Shown here: positions 12,521 through 24,572 of the stretch, piece by piece
Numbering within the stretch: the stretch's first letter is position 1
Layout: each line of letters starts with the position of its first letter
From: Hydrolagus colliei
Lineage: Eukaryota
DNA: 64,000 nucleotides
Reading direction: 5' to 3'
Assembly: GCA_035084275.1 (NCBI GenBank)
Contig: CM068752.1
Coordinates: 7,936,001 to 8,000,000 of the forward strand
Made by a program: the position numbers and the translations under genes
The notes under the pieces: generated by a model
The model's input: the letters and a program-made list of their open reading frames with translations, nothing else
What the model was told of the DNA's origin: nothing
The model's database searches: none

Positions 12521-13976
12521 CGACAAGGTCGGTGGGAGTGAGAGACAGAGAGGGAGAGGCCCTGGGGGAGAGAGACAGAGAGGGAGAGGCCCTGGGGGAG
12601 AGAGACAGAGAGGGAGAGGCCCTGGGGGAGAGAGACAGAGAGGGAGAGGCCCTGGGGGAGAGAGACAGAGAGGGAGAGGCCCTGGGGGGGAGAGACAGAG
12701 AGGGAGAGGCCCTGGGGGAGAGAGACAGAGAGGGAGAGGCCCTGGGGGAGAGAGACAGAGAGGGAGAGGCCCTGGGGGAGAGAGACAGAGAGGGAGAGGC
12801 CCTGGGGGAGAGAGACAGAGAGGGAGAGGCCCTGGGGGGGAGAGACAGAGAGGGAGAGGCCCTGGGGAGGAGAGACAGAGAGGGAGAGGCCCTGGGGGAG
12901 AGAGACAGAGAGGGACAGAGCGTGAGAGGTCCCGGGGGAGGCACAGAGAGAGACAGAGAGGGAGAGGCCGTAGGTGAGAGACACAGAGAGTGGGAGAGGC
13001 CCTGTGGAGAGAGTCAGAGAGAGACAGAGTGGGAGAGGCCCTGTGGAGAGAGTCAGAGAGAGACAGAGTGGGAGAGGCCCTGGGGGGAGAGTCAGAGAGA
13101 GACAGAGTGGGAGAGGCCCTGGGGGGAGAGTCAGAGAGAGACAGAGTGGGAGAGGCCCTGGGGGGAGAGGGAGAGGGTCTGCATGGTAATTGTGTGACTG
13201 ACTGCTGTACTATGAGGATCACTGATATGAGCGCCTCGGGACGCCCTCTTGCCCTATCAGTGTAATGTCGTTGTTGTGGTTGTTGTATATTTACTGTATG
13301 TTTACTTGTTCAGGACTCGCTGGACAAACTGAAAGACTTGGCTCAGCTGAAAGGCCAACTGGAGGACATCCAGCGGCGGGTGGAGGAAGAGGTACAGGCT
13401 GGATTGCCTTCTGTGAGTCACAATATAAACCCGACACATTACCTTCAGTACTGTACAGTACTGTACCGTACACTGTGGTGGTGAGCGCTCGACACAGGGC
13501 GGGTCAGGTCAGGGCCAAGCGTGAAAAGCGGGTTATGAAATGCAAGGATTATTATTATTATTGTACCCTGTGATGCGCTTTGAGACTCTCAAAGACATGA
13601 TAAGGCGCTGTGACAAATGCAAGGATGATGTTGGTGATGATGAGCGCATTGTTTAAACGGCAGTGAGTGTGTGTGTGCGTGAGAGTGACTGTGAATGACT
13701 GAAGTGAGTGACTGTGTGAGTGGTACTCGGTGTGCGTGTGTGTGTAGTCGACCTGTTGACTTCCCTGTGGTTCCCCAGGGAGGTTCGGTCCTTGCTTCTC
13801 CGTTCCTGAAGGGATTCCTGGCGGGTTACGTAGTGGCCAAGCTCCGGTCCTCGGCTGTTCTGGGCGTGGCCATCGGCGCCTGCACAGGCATCTACGCCGC
13901 CCAGAACCTCAACATCCCCAACGTCGAGAAGACGGTGAGGGATTACTTGGAATCCATGAAGAAGAGGCCAAACTGA
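12513..13976 (+). CDS. SLC35A4: SLC35A4 upstream-ORF microprotein (SLC35A4-MP), 103 aa, 3 exons
   Basis: Exons 12513-12527, 13314-13412, 13779-13976 give MADDK|DSLDKLKDLAQLKGQLEDIQRRVEEEVQAGLPS|GGSVLASPFLKGFLAGYVVAKLRSSAVLGVAIGACTGIYAAQNLNIPNVEKTVRDYLESMKKRPN*. This closely matches the recalled human SLC35A4 uORF protein; all introns are GT-AG, phase 0. Confidence 0.93.
12541..13170. repeat. Purine-rich minisatellite (30-bp unit x ~12, then ~39-bp variants) in SLC35A4 intron 1
   Basis: agagacagagagggagaggccctgggggag is tandemly repeated. Confidence 0.92.
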
Positions 13977-14229
13977 CAGCTGGGGTCGACCGGTGGAGGC
14001 AAGGGATGGGGAGGGGTCAGGGATGGGGAGGGAGGGTGGGTGGGGAGGGAGGGAGGTGGGAGGGAGAGGTGCAATCGCAAAATCGTTCTTGCCCCTCTTG
14101 GACAATCAACAGAAAGTCGGTCGCTCTCTCGCTCTGCACTTGATGACTGTCCTGCTGGTATGGCTTTCGGAAGCTATCAATGAGCTAGGCTGAGAGATCA
14201 GCCTCCAAAACCAATTTGCTTAGTCTGTC

Positions 14230-14267
<38 letters not shown>

Positions 14268-14455
14268 GCTCATTCTCTTTCTCTCCCTTTACCCCACTCT
14301 CTCGTTTTTTTTTCGCTGCCTTAAATTTCACAGACCAACCCAACCCGCACAGAGCCTCTCCCGTTTTAATCTGTGCATCGGACGGACTGAGTTTACGGCT
14401 GTATATATAAACGGTGATATTTAGAACTGAACGGAACCGAACAGAACTTGTGAAC

Positions 14456-15430
14456 ATGAATGGACTGACTGAGCTGGGGAGTCCACTGGGCCCCCCCCAA
14501 CCTGGCCAGGGCCGAGCACGGAGCCGGGTCCGATGGGGTTTCCTGATGCTGTTGTCTGTGCTGGTGTACGGCTCTCACGCGCCCCTCATCAGCTGGTGTA
14601 AGATCAACGGGCAGATTCCTTTCAGTTCGTCTTCAGTCGTGGTTCTGATCGAGCTGGCCAAACTCCTGGTCTCCGTCGCACTGTGGGCAGCCCGGGGCCG
14701 CGGCGGGGTGGCTGGCGTTAGGCTCTCCGCCCGCGCAGTATGTCCGCTGGCCCTCCCTGCTCTCCTCTATGCCCTCAACAATAACCTAGTGGTTCACATG
14801 CAACGTCACATGGATCCCAGCACCTTCCAGGTGCTCAGTAATCTGAAGATCGCCAGCACGGCTGTGCTCTACACCGTTCTCTTCCGCAAGCGCCTCTCTC
14901 TCCTCAAGTGGCTGGCGCTGCTGCTGCTCATGGCCGCCGGCATTTGCCAAACCTACAGCGGCTTCAGCAGCCGGCAGGAGCCCGGCACGGAAACCCGCCT
15001 GTACATCACCGGGCAGGGATTGGCCATGATGCTGGTGTACTGCACCGTGTCCGGCCTATCCGCCGTCTACACCGAACACGTCCTGAAATCCCAGCAGCTT
15101 CCGCTCAACCTGCAGAACCTCTACCTGTACCTGTTCGGTTCACTGATCAACCTGGGGATTCACCTGACCAGCTCTCCAAGCGGGGGCTTCTTTAAGGGTT
15201 ACTCGGGCTGGGTGGTGCTGATAATCGGCAGCCAGGCCCTCAACGGCTTGCTCATGTCCGTGGTCATGAAGTACGACACCAACATCACCCGCCTCTTCGT
15301 CATCTCCTGCTCCATGTTGGTCAACACCACTCTCTCCATCTGCTTCTTCTCGTTACAGCTCACACCACACTTCCTGGCGGCTGTGCTGCTGGTATCTCTG
15401 GCCATTCATCTGTACTATCGGGTTAAATGA
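14456..15430 (+). CDS. SLC35A4: Probable nucleotide-sugar transporter SLC35A4, intronless, 324 aa
   Basis: First in-frame ATG is at 14456. Multi-pass hydrophobic protein with SLC35A motifs (YGSHAPL, PFSSSSVVVLIELAK, PALLYALNNNL, MDPSTFQVLSNLKI, SGLSAVYTE, LNGLLMSVVMK); position next to APBB3 matches human synteny. Confidence 0.95.
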   Translation: MNGLTELGSPLGPPQPGQGRARSRVRWGFLMLLSVLVYGSHAPLISWCKINGQIPFSSSSVVVLIELAKLLVSVALWAARGRGGVAGVRLSARAVCPLALPALLYALNNNLVVHMQRHMDPSTFQVLSNLKIASTAVLYTVLFRKRLSLLKWLALLLLMAAGICQTYSGFSSRQEPGTETRLYITGQGLAMMLVYCTVSGLSAVYTEHVLKSQQLPLNLQNLYLYLFGSLINLGIHLTSSPSGGFFKGYSGWVVLIIGSQALNGLLMSVVMKYDTNITRLFVISCSMLVNTTLSICFFSLQLTPHFLAAVLLVSLAIHLYYRVK

Positions 15431-17690
15431 CGAAGTGAGGGGAGGAGTGTAGAGTGGCTCAAACCAACAGTGACATGTCCTGGCTCATTGCGGATATGAA
15501 AACAAGGTGGATGTCAGGTCTCAAGTGCTGTGTCTCTCATTCACTCTCTGACTATCTCTGTGTGTCTGTCTCTCTCTTTTGGTCCATGTACTGACCCGGA
15601 TCGGATCTCTCCACCTCGCGCTGCCTGAGTAAAACCACTGCCCCGATTGCAGTGTGTGGTCAGTCTGATGCTGCGCTAGATCTCGCCTTCCGAGTCAGGC
15701 GGTTGTGGGTTCAAGCCGCATGTGAGGATTTGGATTTGCAGAGTCTAATGCAGCGCTGGGTGGGAAGTGTTGCGTTGTCAGAGACGCCGTCCTTCGGATG
15801 GGTCTTTGCCTGTTCAGGCAGACATTATAAAGTTCCCGCGACGCTATTGGTAAAGAGATGTGAGTTTCTCTCTCTCTTCATGTATCCTGGCCAACAACCC
15901 CACACACGCACCCCCCCCCCCGCCACCCCCAAAATTTATCTTTTAATCCACGGCTGTTTGTGTATGCAATTGGCTGTGCGCAATAGCGGCCGCGTTTCGT
16001 CCACAAAGTGTTGTCAGTCCACTTGACAATATATCCTGTGAAGGGCGTTCAGGCGTCTCAACGATGTGACAAGCCTGAGGCTCTGTATGAAACACAAAGA
16101 TTATCATTATTATCGATTATGCTTGCATCGAAAAGCTTTGCCAAATTTACTGCCATGTCTGATGGATGAGGGGACGTGCCATTATTCAGCGTGTGGTGTT
16201 TTACTGTTGTTTACGTAGACTAGCAGCCGGGTTGGCTCTCTGGGTGACAATTATCTGCCTTAACCTGACAGGGAGAAACTTGCAGGCGTTTGATTTTCCC
16301 GGTCACACCGGCTGCACGCAGGCTGGAATTTCTCATCTGTATCACTGCTAGGATCTTATTCGGTCGGTTGGCTGACCACTTAATAATAACTGGCTTGTGA
16401 CTCGATCACTGCACTTTTAGATGTACAAAACCTCGCTTGGAAAGCGTCTGAATGTCAGCCTCACCCAGGTATGGGTTACAAATTTATTTTTTACAAAGAA
16501 GATACAGTGTGTGGTTTACGTTCTCTGTCGCAGTGACGTGTGGCAGTGTTTTCATGGCGTGTTTACAGTATTTGCAGTTGGAGCTGCTTCGGGTTTACAC
16601 TCTGTTCTCTGTGACCCGTTGACGTTTCTACGCAGCACACACCATTTGGTTGCCGTTCTAATGTAAGCAATACATCCAAACTGCTGAATGAAGGCTGTGA
16701 GGGGTTGGTGGGGCAGGGGGGAGAGAAGAAGGAAGGAGCGATGGGGCCCTGGAGACTGCCTCGCAAGCTATACCCCCTCCTCTCCTCCCATGATGGTGAG
16801 TTGCAGCGATCCCCTGCGATGGGGCTGACGCCTCTGTCAGTATCATGAGGTGTTGTCCTGTGTACTACACTGGTGTTCCGTGTGTTACTTTGCACAGCTG
16901 AGGTCTATGCATTTCTGTTGTATCCCAGTATAGGAAGCTCCCCTCTGATCCTCAACAGCTGACAGTACCATTACCCACACTTGTCTTCCTACTGACATCC
17001 TAGGTTCTTGTTATGATTTGGGGTTGACGGGGGGGACGTGGACGGGTGTTACAGGGACACTGTGTAGGACCCTCATGCCATCCTCACTGCCACCCCCCCC
17101 CCCCGCACACACACACACACACCCTCCCCCCACCAGATCCAATAACCGCAAACCAATTGCAAGTGCAACGTGCAGTTGCTATAGCTGTTCAGACTCCATG
17201 CCTGATGTTTTTGGCCGGGTTAGGGAAGGGAGGCAGGGCTATTTGTGGGGACACTGCTGTGCGCTATTGGCTGCTGCATTTCGCCCCCAAAAAAATATAC
17301 AATGCAAAATTATATTTGTACAGTGCCTTTCACGTCGGAAAGGACATCCCAAGGGTCTATTTACACTCAATTCACTTTACAGTATATTCTGTGAAGTGCT
17401 TTGAGATGTCTCGAAAGATGTGACGGGGGCTGTATCAAATGCAAGGATGATGATTATTATGTGTTCCATAAGAAAAGCTCGCTGTATCCTGCTTAAATCC
17501 ACTTAAAATTCTTTATAGACTGAAGCAATTGGTAGATTTTTGCCTCTCGTTTTCCAATGGAACGTTTGTGATTCCAAACTGAAAACGAGATTATTTGAAT
17601 ACTGTAAGTATTTTGTTTTGTTTTTAAATGCAACACATTTCAGTTTACTTATCAATATGTACTTTAAGCCTCCTCTTGCTCTCCTCTCCT

Positions 17691-19071
17691 ACGCTCACCG
17701 TCCCCATTCGTACGTCAACGATGGCCACTTGGGCGAGGACCCCCCTTCCCCCCTTCCCCACTCACCCACACAAACAAAGACTCCCTCCCACAAACACACA
17801 CTCCATACCCCTCACCCACCCACACACACCCAAGTTTGTGACAGTGTCAGTGCGACAGGTGAGGAAATCCATGGAGATGTGAGGATATTTTGCATGGTTT
17901 AGTTTAGTTGTCAATATGTGCTGCGAGTCCTTTCTGTTCTGGCAATGAGGTTGCGTAGTTTTCTCTCTCCAATAGCTGACGTATATTTATTTGCTTTATC
18001 AATGCAATCCTGATGAGCTGGGCTTTCTTCAGCTCATAGCTGATTCCCTTTCCCCCAACCCCCACCCACCTTCCATACGATACTGACCGTGTAGGCTGTT
18101 TTAGTCTATCTGAAGGTTTATGTTATTTGATTGAGTGCTGTAGTTGATGGAACATCGACTTTACCAAAATAATAAGCAGCTGGAACCAAACCCTCAGCTC
18201 GCTCGCTGACTGTTGTTTATCAACCGGATAATCATGAAATATAATTTGCCAAAGGTGGGACCATTTTCCTCCCCTCGCTGTGACCAGTAGCGTGGCTGCT
18301 ATCTCAGTCCCAGTCTCGCTCTTATTCCAGTGTTTGCCGTCGGGCTCCTCGCCATATTCTCTCCCTGAGGGGAAACGGCATGAGCTGTGTTTGATATTTT
18401 TATTGTATTTCAATATTTCTAATGATACGAGGTTCTGAAATTTGTTCTTTTCTCTTGTCAAACAAACTGGCACATTGTACGGATGGGTCTCCTACGATCA
18501 GCTCAAGTGATATAAAGATATTTATAATCCTTTTCAGACTCCCAATGAGTGAAGTCATTTCTGTGGTGTAAGCAAATGCGTTGAACTCATACACACACAC
18601 TGAACCTGTTAGTGTCAATTGGTTAAGACACTGTGACAGAGTTCAGTAAACCATTGAACTCTTTTTCCCCCACAACAAGTCATGTTGATAAACTGGTCTG
18701 ACCGTTTCTCCTTCCTCTTCATCTGGTGTTGAAAGAACAACTGGATATTGTAACTCAGACATTGCCATAACTTTATTATAATGCACACATCTATACAGTA
18801 TATACTGTATAGAGATATATATGGTATATATATATATAATACCAGAGCACAGGTCCACAGCAACTCAGACTGCCCAGCCTGGAGACTATTTATTAGGTAC
18901 CATAGAGCAATTGACAGTCTCAAAAACTAGAGAGACATATACATGTGGAGGGAGCAAGTGCAATGATGGGCTCTGGGGGTTGAGATAAGAATGAGAGGCG
19001 CTCCACAGTGTAACCAAACTAGTCCTCGCCCAAGTGGCCATCGTTGACGTACGAGTGGGGATGGTGAGCGT
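17691..19071. repeat. 50-bp inverted repeat, arms 17691-17740 and 19022-19071
   Basis: Arm 1 matches the reverse complement of arm 2 at 48/50 positions. Confidence 0.85.
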
Positions 19072-19122
19072 TGGTGGGTATTTAGCCAATGGGAAGAGTT
19101 GATTGTTTGCCTCGTGGGTGGG

Positions 19123-22100
19123 TTACGTTGGCGAGGGCTCTCGCTGTTTGGCTGCTGCTGGTGGACAGCCCGCCTGCTGCTCCCTCTGCTTCACCTCTGC
19201 TGGGAATCAAAACCCACAATCGGGTGAGCGACTTGGAGCGAGATTTAACCCACAGCCCTGTACGCGTCCTGTTACCTTAAAATAACATAGTGCCACACAA
19301 CTACAACAAAATTACACTTGTAGAGCGCCTTTCACGGAGGACTTCCCAAGGTGCTGGACAGTCATTGCTTCAGCAACTAGACCTGGAGAACACCCCTTGA
19401 ATGTGACGACATCAGCGTGTTGAAACCAGCGCTACCTGGATTTTCCTGAGTTTACGATCTTTTGCTGGCCACCGGCGCTGTAGCATTCTGATCGATGTCT
19501 CGCGCGCCACCCTCCAACTCTTACCGTCTTTCAGCCGCCTGTTCTCCAGCTCCAATTGCTGTGTTTTGGCAGCGAGGTACAGGGTATCTTGTACTGACTC
19601 CGCCAGCAGCTCACGGTAACGTTGGTCTCGTTGTTCCCACTGCCTCTCAGAAGCCTCGCGGAAAGTGTGGAGCATCTATTGGGACGAGACGGGAGAGAAT
19701 GCGTCAGGAGGCTGCTGCTCGCCCGGCCAGCAAACAAACCCCAAGCATTTTCCTGCATTCTGGAATTCCATCCCACGGTCCCTTTGCTCTCTCACTCCCT
19801 CACCTCCTTTAAGGCCAATCTCAACACCCTCCTCTTCGACCATGCCTTCTGCTGCCTTCCCAATTGTCTCCCTCCCCTTGCAATTCTCTACCTCCCCTCT
19901 CAACTTTCTCCCTCCTCATCTAACTGTCCCTCCCCTGCACCCTACCCTGCGCTTCTCTGTCTTGCTCGGATCCAGACCCGACTGTTCAGCGCCCTTGGGA
20001 CGTCCTTCCGACGTGAAAGGAGCTCTATAAATGTAATTTTGTTGTAGTTGTTTTCTCACAACAAGTTGTGCTGACGCAGCGCCTTTCACGTCAGGAGGAC
20101 GTCCCTGTGACACGGATTTACGTTTGACATTTTCTGTTCCGTTAGGGATTGTTTGGGGCTGAGATTCCCTCATTAATGCTCCTGAAGAAGGGGAGAAAAT
20201 GAACAAGGGAAGGGGAGCCAAACTGGGACAGACTGACCTCCAGACTTCGGCACCTCTGCCTCTCCAGCTCCAACCTACATTGCTGGTATAGAGACCGCAT
20301 GTCCTTCTCAGCCTGGGCCTTCTCCCTGCGCAGGGTCACCAGGTACAGGACCAGTAGCTCCTGCTCCCTCTGCAGGCCTGTGCCCTCCTGGGACTTGCCC
20401 GCAGCCTCGCTCCCTCCTGCCTGACAGAAACACAACCTTGTCGACAAAACCACCATAATCCTCGCATTTCATGTCTTGCCTGTATCGTGTCGATGTACTG
20501 TATTTCACAGGCAATTGCTGTCAAGTGAAGTGCTTTCAGACGTCACAAAGACTTGTTAGGAAGCTGTATCAAATGCAAGGATTATTATTATTAGTTGTGG
20601 CCAAACTCCTGTCTCTTCTCCAAGAGCATCGCGGGATTATTAACACCCACAAAGGAGTGGTCGGGATTCTAACCGAGAAATAGATTAACAAGTGTGAACC
20701 AAAGGGACGTATTTTGCACGCATTAACAGAGATCTCTCTCTTCTCTCTCTGTATCAGTTTTACCTTTTCTGCTCCCTGTTCGATCATTCTGGACAACTCT
20801 CTCTCGATCAGGGCCATGTTTTCCTCCTCTAACCACTTCCTCTTCTCCAACGCCGTTGCGTACAGACGGTCGATTTCAGACTCAGCCGACGAGCTGTCCT
20901 TTGGGGAGCAAAGCAAGAGCTTCCACTTGTGCACCACAGAACCTTCAACACTGCAGTATTTCAACCCACCAACAGCCACAAGGCCAATCGCCAAACAATC
21001 ACCAGGATTGCTGTCTTGGAAAACGGGAGAAACTAATAAAGCAGTTTCGATTAGGTGCAGATATAATTTCCTCTGCTGGGTGGTGGGAATCCAGAACAAG
21101 GGGATACCCTCTTAAAATCAGAGCTCAGCTTTATCAGAGTGAGATCAGGCAGAACCTTCACACACACAGGGTTGTGGAAATCTGGAACTCTTTTCTCCTT
21201 TCCCCAAAAGGCTGCGAATGATGATCTCTATTGACAAGGTAGAGAGATGTTTGTTCGGTCAAGGTAGCAAGCGGCAATGGGGCAAAGGCCAGGTAATAGG
21301 AGTTGAAGTACAGATCAGCCATGATCCTATAGATTAGCAGAACAGGCTCGAGAGACTGAATGGCCTCCGTCTGTTCCTAATAAATGGGCAACGGGTCAGA
21401 TATAAATGGAGAATTGCAGGACAGAGAAAGAGTTTACAACCCGAAGGCCCTCACCTTGTTACTGGCTCCGGTCGCACTAGTCAGTTGTTCCTGTTGGTGT
21501 CTGAGCTCCTTCAGGCTGTTCTGGCTCTGCCCCAGCCTCGCCTGCAGCTGTTGGATGTTCCTGATGATGACTTGTAGCTCCTTCTCGTCCCCATGCTCGG
21601 CTTTCGCGGCAAAACCCGGACACAATATTGGAATGACTTTTGTCATTTATTTGAGAAAATATTTCCCCTTTTACGACAAGTTACATTGGCACAGCACCTT
21701 TCACGTCGGGAGGACATCCCAAGGCGCTGGACAGTCGGTTTAGCTCAACCTGAGCTGAGGATTCAGAGAGGGGTGGAAGGGAGGGTAGGGGAAGAGTTCC
21801 AGAGGGTGTGGGCAGAAAGGCTGAAGGCTTGACTGCTGATAGTGGAGTGTACAAGGCAGGGGATGTGCAGCAGGTCAGTGTCTGCGGAGCTGGGGGGAGT
21901 CGACAGCCTTAGTGAAGTTTCAATAGGCCACAGAGGCAAGGAGGAGCGAGAGATTGGTTTGATGCAGGGAGTGGGGAGGAGGTTAGCGGGGTTGGAATGG
22001 TCTGCATTATTGACTCTGGTGCTGCTCCCAATCACTTTCAAACGGAGTCTCGGGGGGCAGCGCTGACTCACCTTTCAGATACGCCTCAACCTCACTCTTA

Positions 22101-24532
22101 AGATGCTCTTTAATCTCTCGGATCTGCTGTTGTGTCCGTGTGCACTCCTCAGCCAACTGCACTCGCTGCTGCTCACTGCCCAGGGGTGTCAGCTTCAAGG
22201 CCAACTCCAGTAATCCCTGCCCATAAAAACATCTCAGCTGTGGGGAGTGTGGGTGGGGGGGAGAGGGGGGGAAGCGAGATTGGTTTGTGGAGGGAATGAG
22301 AGAAGGGTGTGGGGAGCAAGAGGGGTGCCGTGAGGGGAGCAGGGCTGTGAGGAGTGAGGGGCGTGAAGAGCCGAGGGAGTGAATGAACAGGCTGTAGGCA
22401 CAGAGTGGAGTGCAGTCTGGGATAAAGCTGGATATATGCAGTAGGACTGATGGACTTGTTAACCAAACCAGAAGAACCCACCTTAGCAACAAGGTGCTGC
22501 TTTCTCTCTGCCTGGCAATGTCGGGATTGACATCTCTTCTTCTCCCACTCTTGTTTCTTCACCACCTATCCAGGGGAATAAGATGCATGATAGGCTCATC
22601 CAAATCTCTGACTGCGTCCCAAGGCGCGGAGGCTTGAAAGTGGTGCTCCTGTAACTCAGTAGTTAGAGTACTTGCCTTACAAGCGGGTTCAATTTCAGGC
22701 AGGTCAGGGCAGGGAGAAACCTTGGGCAAGTTTCCTTACTCTACACACACACACGCCTGATAATAATCCCTCCAAAAAAATCCAATACTAATTTGGTCGC
22801 TCAATCCACGACTGTTGGTGGGGACGCTGCTGTGTGCAATATAGCGCGGAGGGCGCTATATAAATCCAAGTTGTTGTTGTATATCAAATTCAAGGATGAT
22901 TATTATTTTATTATGATCATTATTACAATAGAGGGCGGGGAGGTCCGGGGAAGTGGGGAAGCTGAAGAGTTACTCGCCTGCAGTTCCTGGACGAGCTGTG
23001 CCAAATTTGCCGCCTCCTGCCGTGGCACGTCCTTGCCGGAGCTGAGCCGTTCCCGGACCTGGCGGATGTGGAGTCGGAGCCGCTCGGTCAGCTGTGGTGG
23101 GTCCCAGAGGTCCCGCTCGACCCGGTTAGTGAGGAGAGCGGCGCTCCGAGCCAGACCCAGAGCCCAGGCAGCCTCGCCCGGCCAGGACTCTGTCAGCAAC
23201 ACACAGGTGCAAGCCGGTCAACTTCAGATACACCTCAGCCTCCAGAGGACACAGGGTGAGGAGAGGAGACTCTTATACAATAACAAAAACACGTGGCACT
23301 CACACAGTGCCTTTCACGTCGGGAGGACGCCCCGAGGTCCTGGACAGTCAGGGATTTATATCCGAGCTGAGGGTTGAGATCAGGAGCGGGTGGGGGGCAG
23401 AGAGGGAGGGTGGTGTTAGAGGAGGTGACCAAAGGCGTGGTCGAAGAGGAGGGTCTTGGAGAAGGGGAGGGAGGGAACACAGAGAGTTATCATGATGTGT
23501 TACAAATGCACTGTTAAAACAAAGTTGCTTAGAGTAGAATCCGTAATACCTGGACTGCAGTAGGTGTTCACGAGTGGTTGGCTGGTGAATCAGGGTGTAA
23601 GAACTTACTTGTGTTTCAGTCTGTAACAGAGACCTACCTGGCAGGTGCAGACAGGATATCAGCACAGAGCACCTGTTCCCTTGCAGAGCCTGGCTCAGCA
23701 GCACATCTGTGCAGCCGAGCCCTGGCTCTACGTGAATTTTCGTCCCATTCACAGCGCACTCCAGCGGAGATGGACTGCGCACAGAGAGAGAAAGAGAGAC
23801 TGATGGAAACATTTAATAACAACAACAAAATTACATTTATAGAGCGCCTTTCACATCGGGAGGACGTCCCAATAATCCTTGATAATAATAATCCTTGAAT
23901 TTAATATAGCGCTTTTCACGTCTTCTAGAATGTATCTCAAAGCACTTCACAGAATATACTTGTATATACTGTATACTTGTAGGCGGAACACGGCAGCCAA
24001 TTGAGGACAACAGTGTCCCCACAAACAGTCGTGGATTGAAATGACCAATTTTATTTTTGTGTTTTTGTTTTGGAGGATTATTAGGCGTGTGGAGTAGGGA
24101 AAGTTGCCCAAGGTTTTACCCTGACCTGCCTGGATTCGAACACAGGTCTCTCTCTCTCCCTTCTCTCGAAAGGTACTGAAAGTCTTCACAGAATTCATAG
24201 CAGCCGTTTGTAACATTAGCAAATGCTTACGTTCAACCTGGAGTTGTTAGGTTAGCCAGGTATTTAAGAGCCGCGTTTGAAAAGGAACCGTTGCTGGGAG
24301 AAGACGCTTACCTATTCCTAGAGCTCGGCCCAGCCCCGCCTGGCAGGAGGTAGACCTGGACAGCGGAGCGACGCACACCAATATTGGTCTCTCGCTGCTC
24401 GAGGGTGACTGTGAACAGTGAACCGCACCTGGAACCACCACAACAACTTACACTTCAAGGTGATTGGCAGAGTGGGGGAGAGAGAAAATTCCAAAGCTTT
24501 GGTTGCGTTGTGGCTGAAACCACAGGAGAGAA

Positions 24533-24572
<40 letters not shown>

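Noticed and set aside
12350-13265. Long ORFs of 158-290 aa on both strands
   Set aside because: Translations of the 30/39-bp minisatellite in SLC35A4 intron 1; only 12513-12527 is coding.
14414-14455. ORF-track start of SLC35A4 at 14414
   Set aside because: It is a GTG codon; the first in-frame ATG is at 14456.
18123-18760. Exon-like minus-strand segments downstream of the kinesin-like stop
   Set aside because: Acceptors are present but I could not build a consistent in-frame chain; alternative 3' exons cannot be excluded without cDNA.
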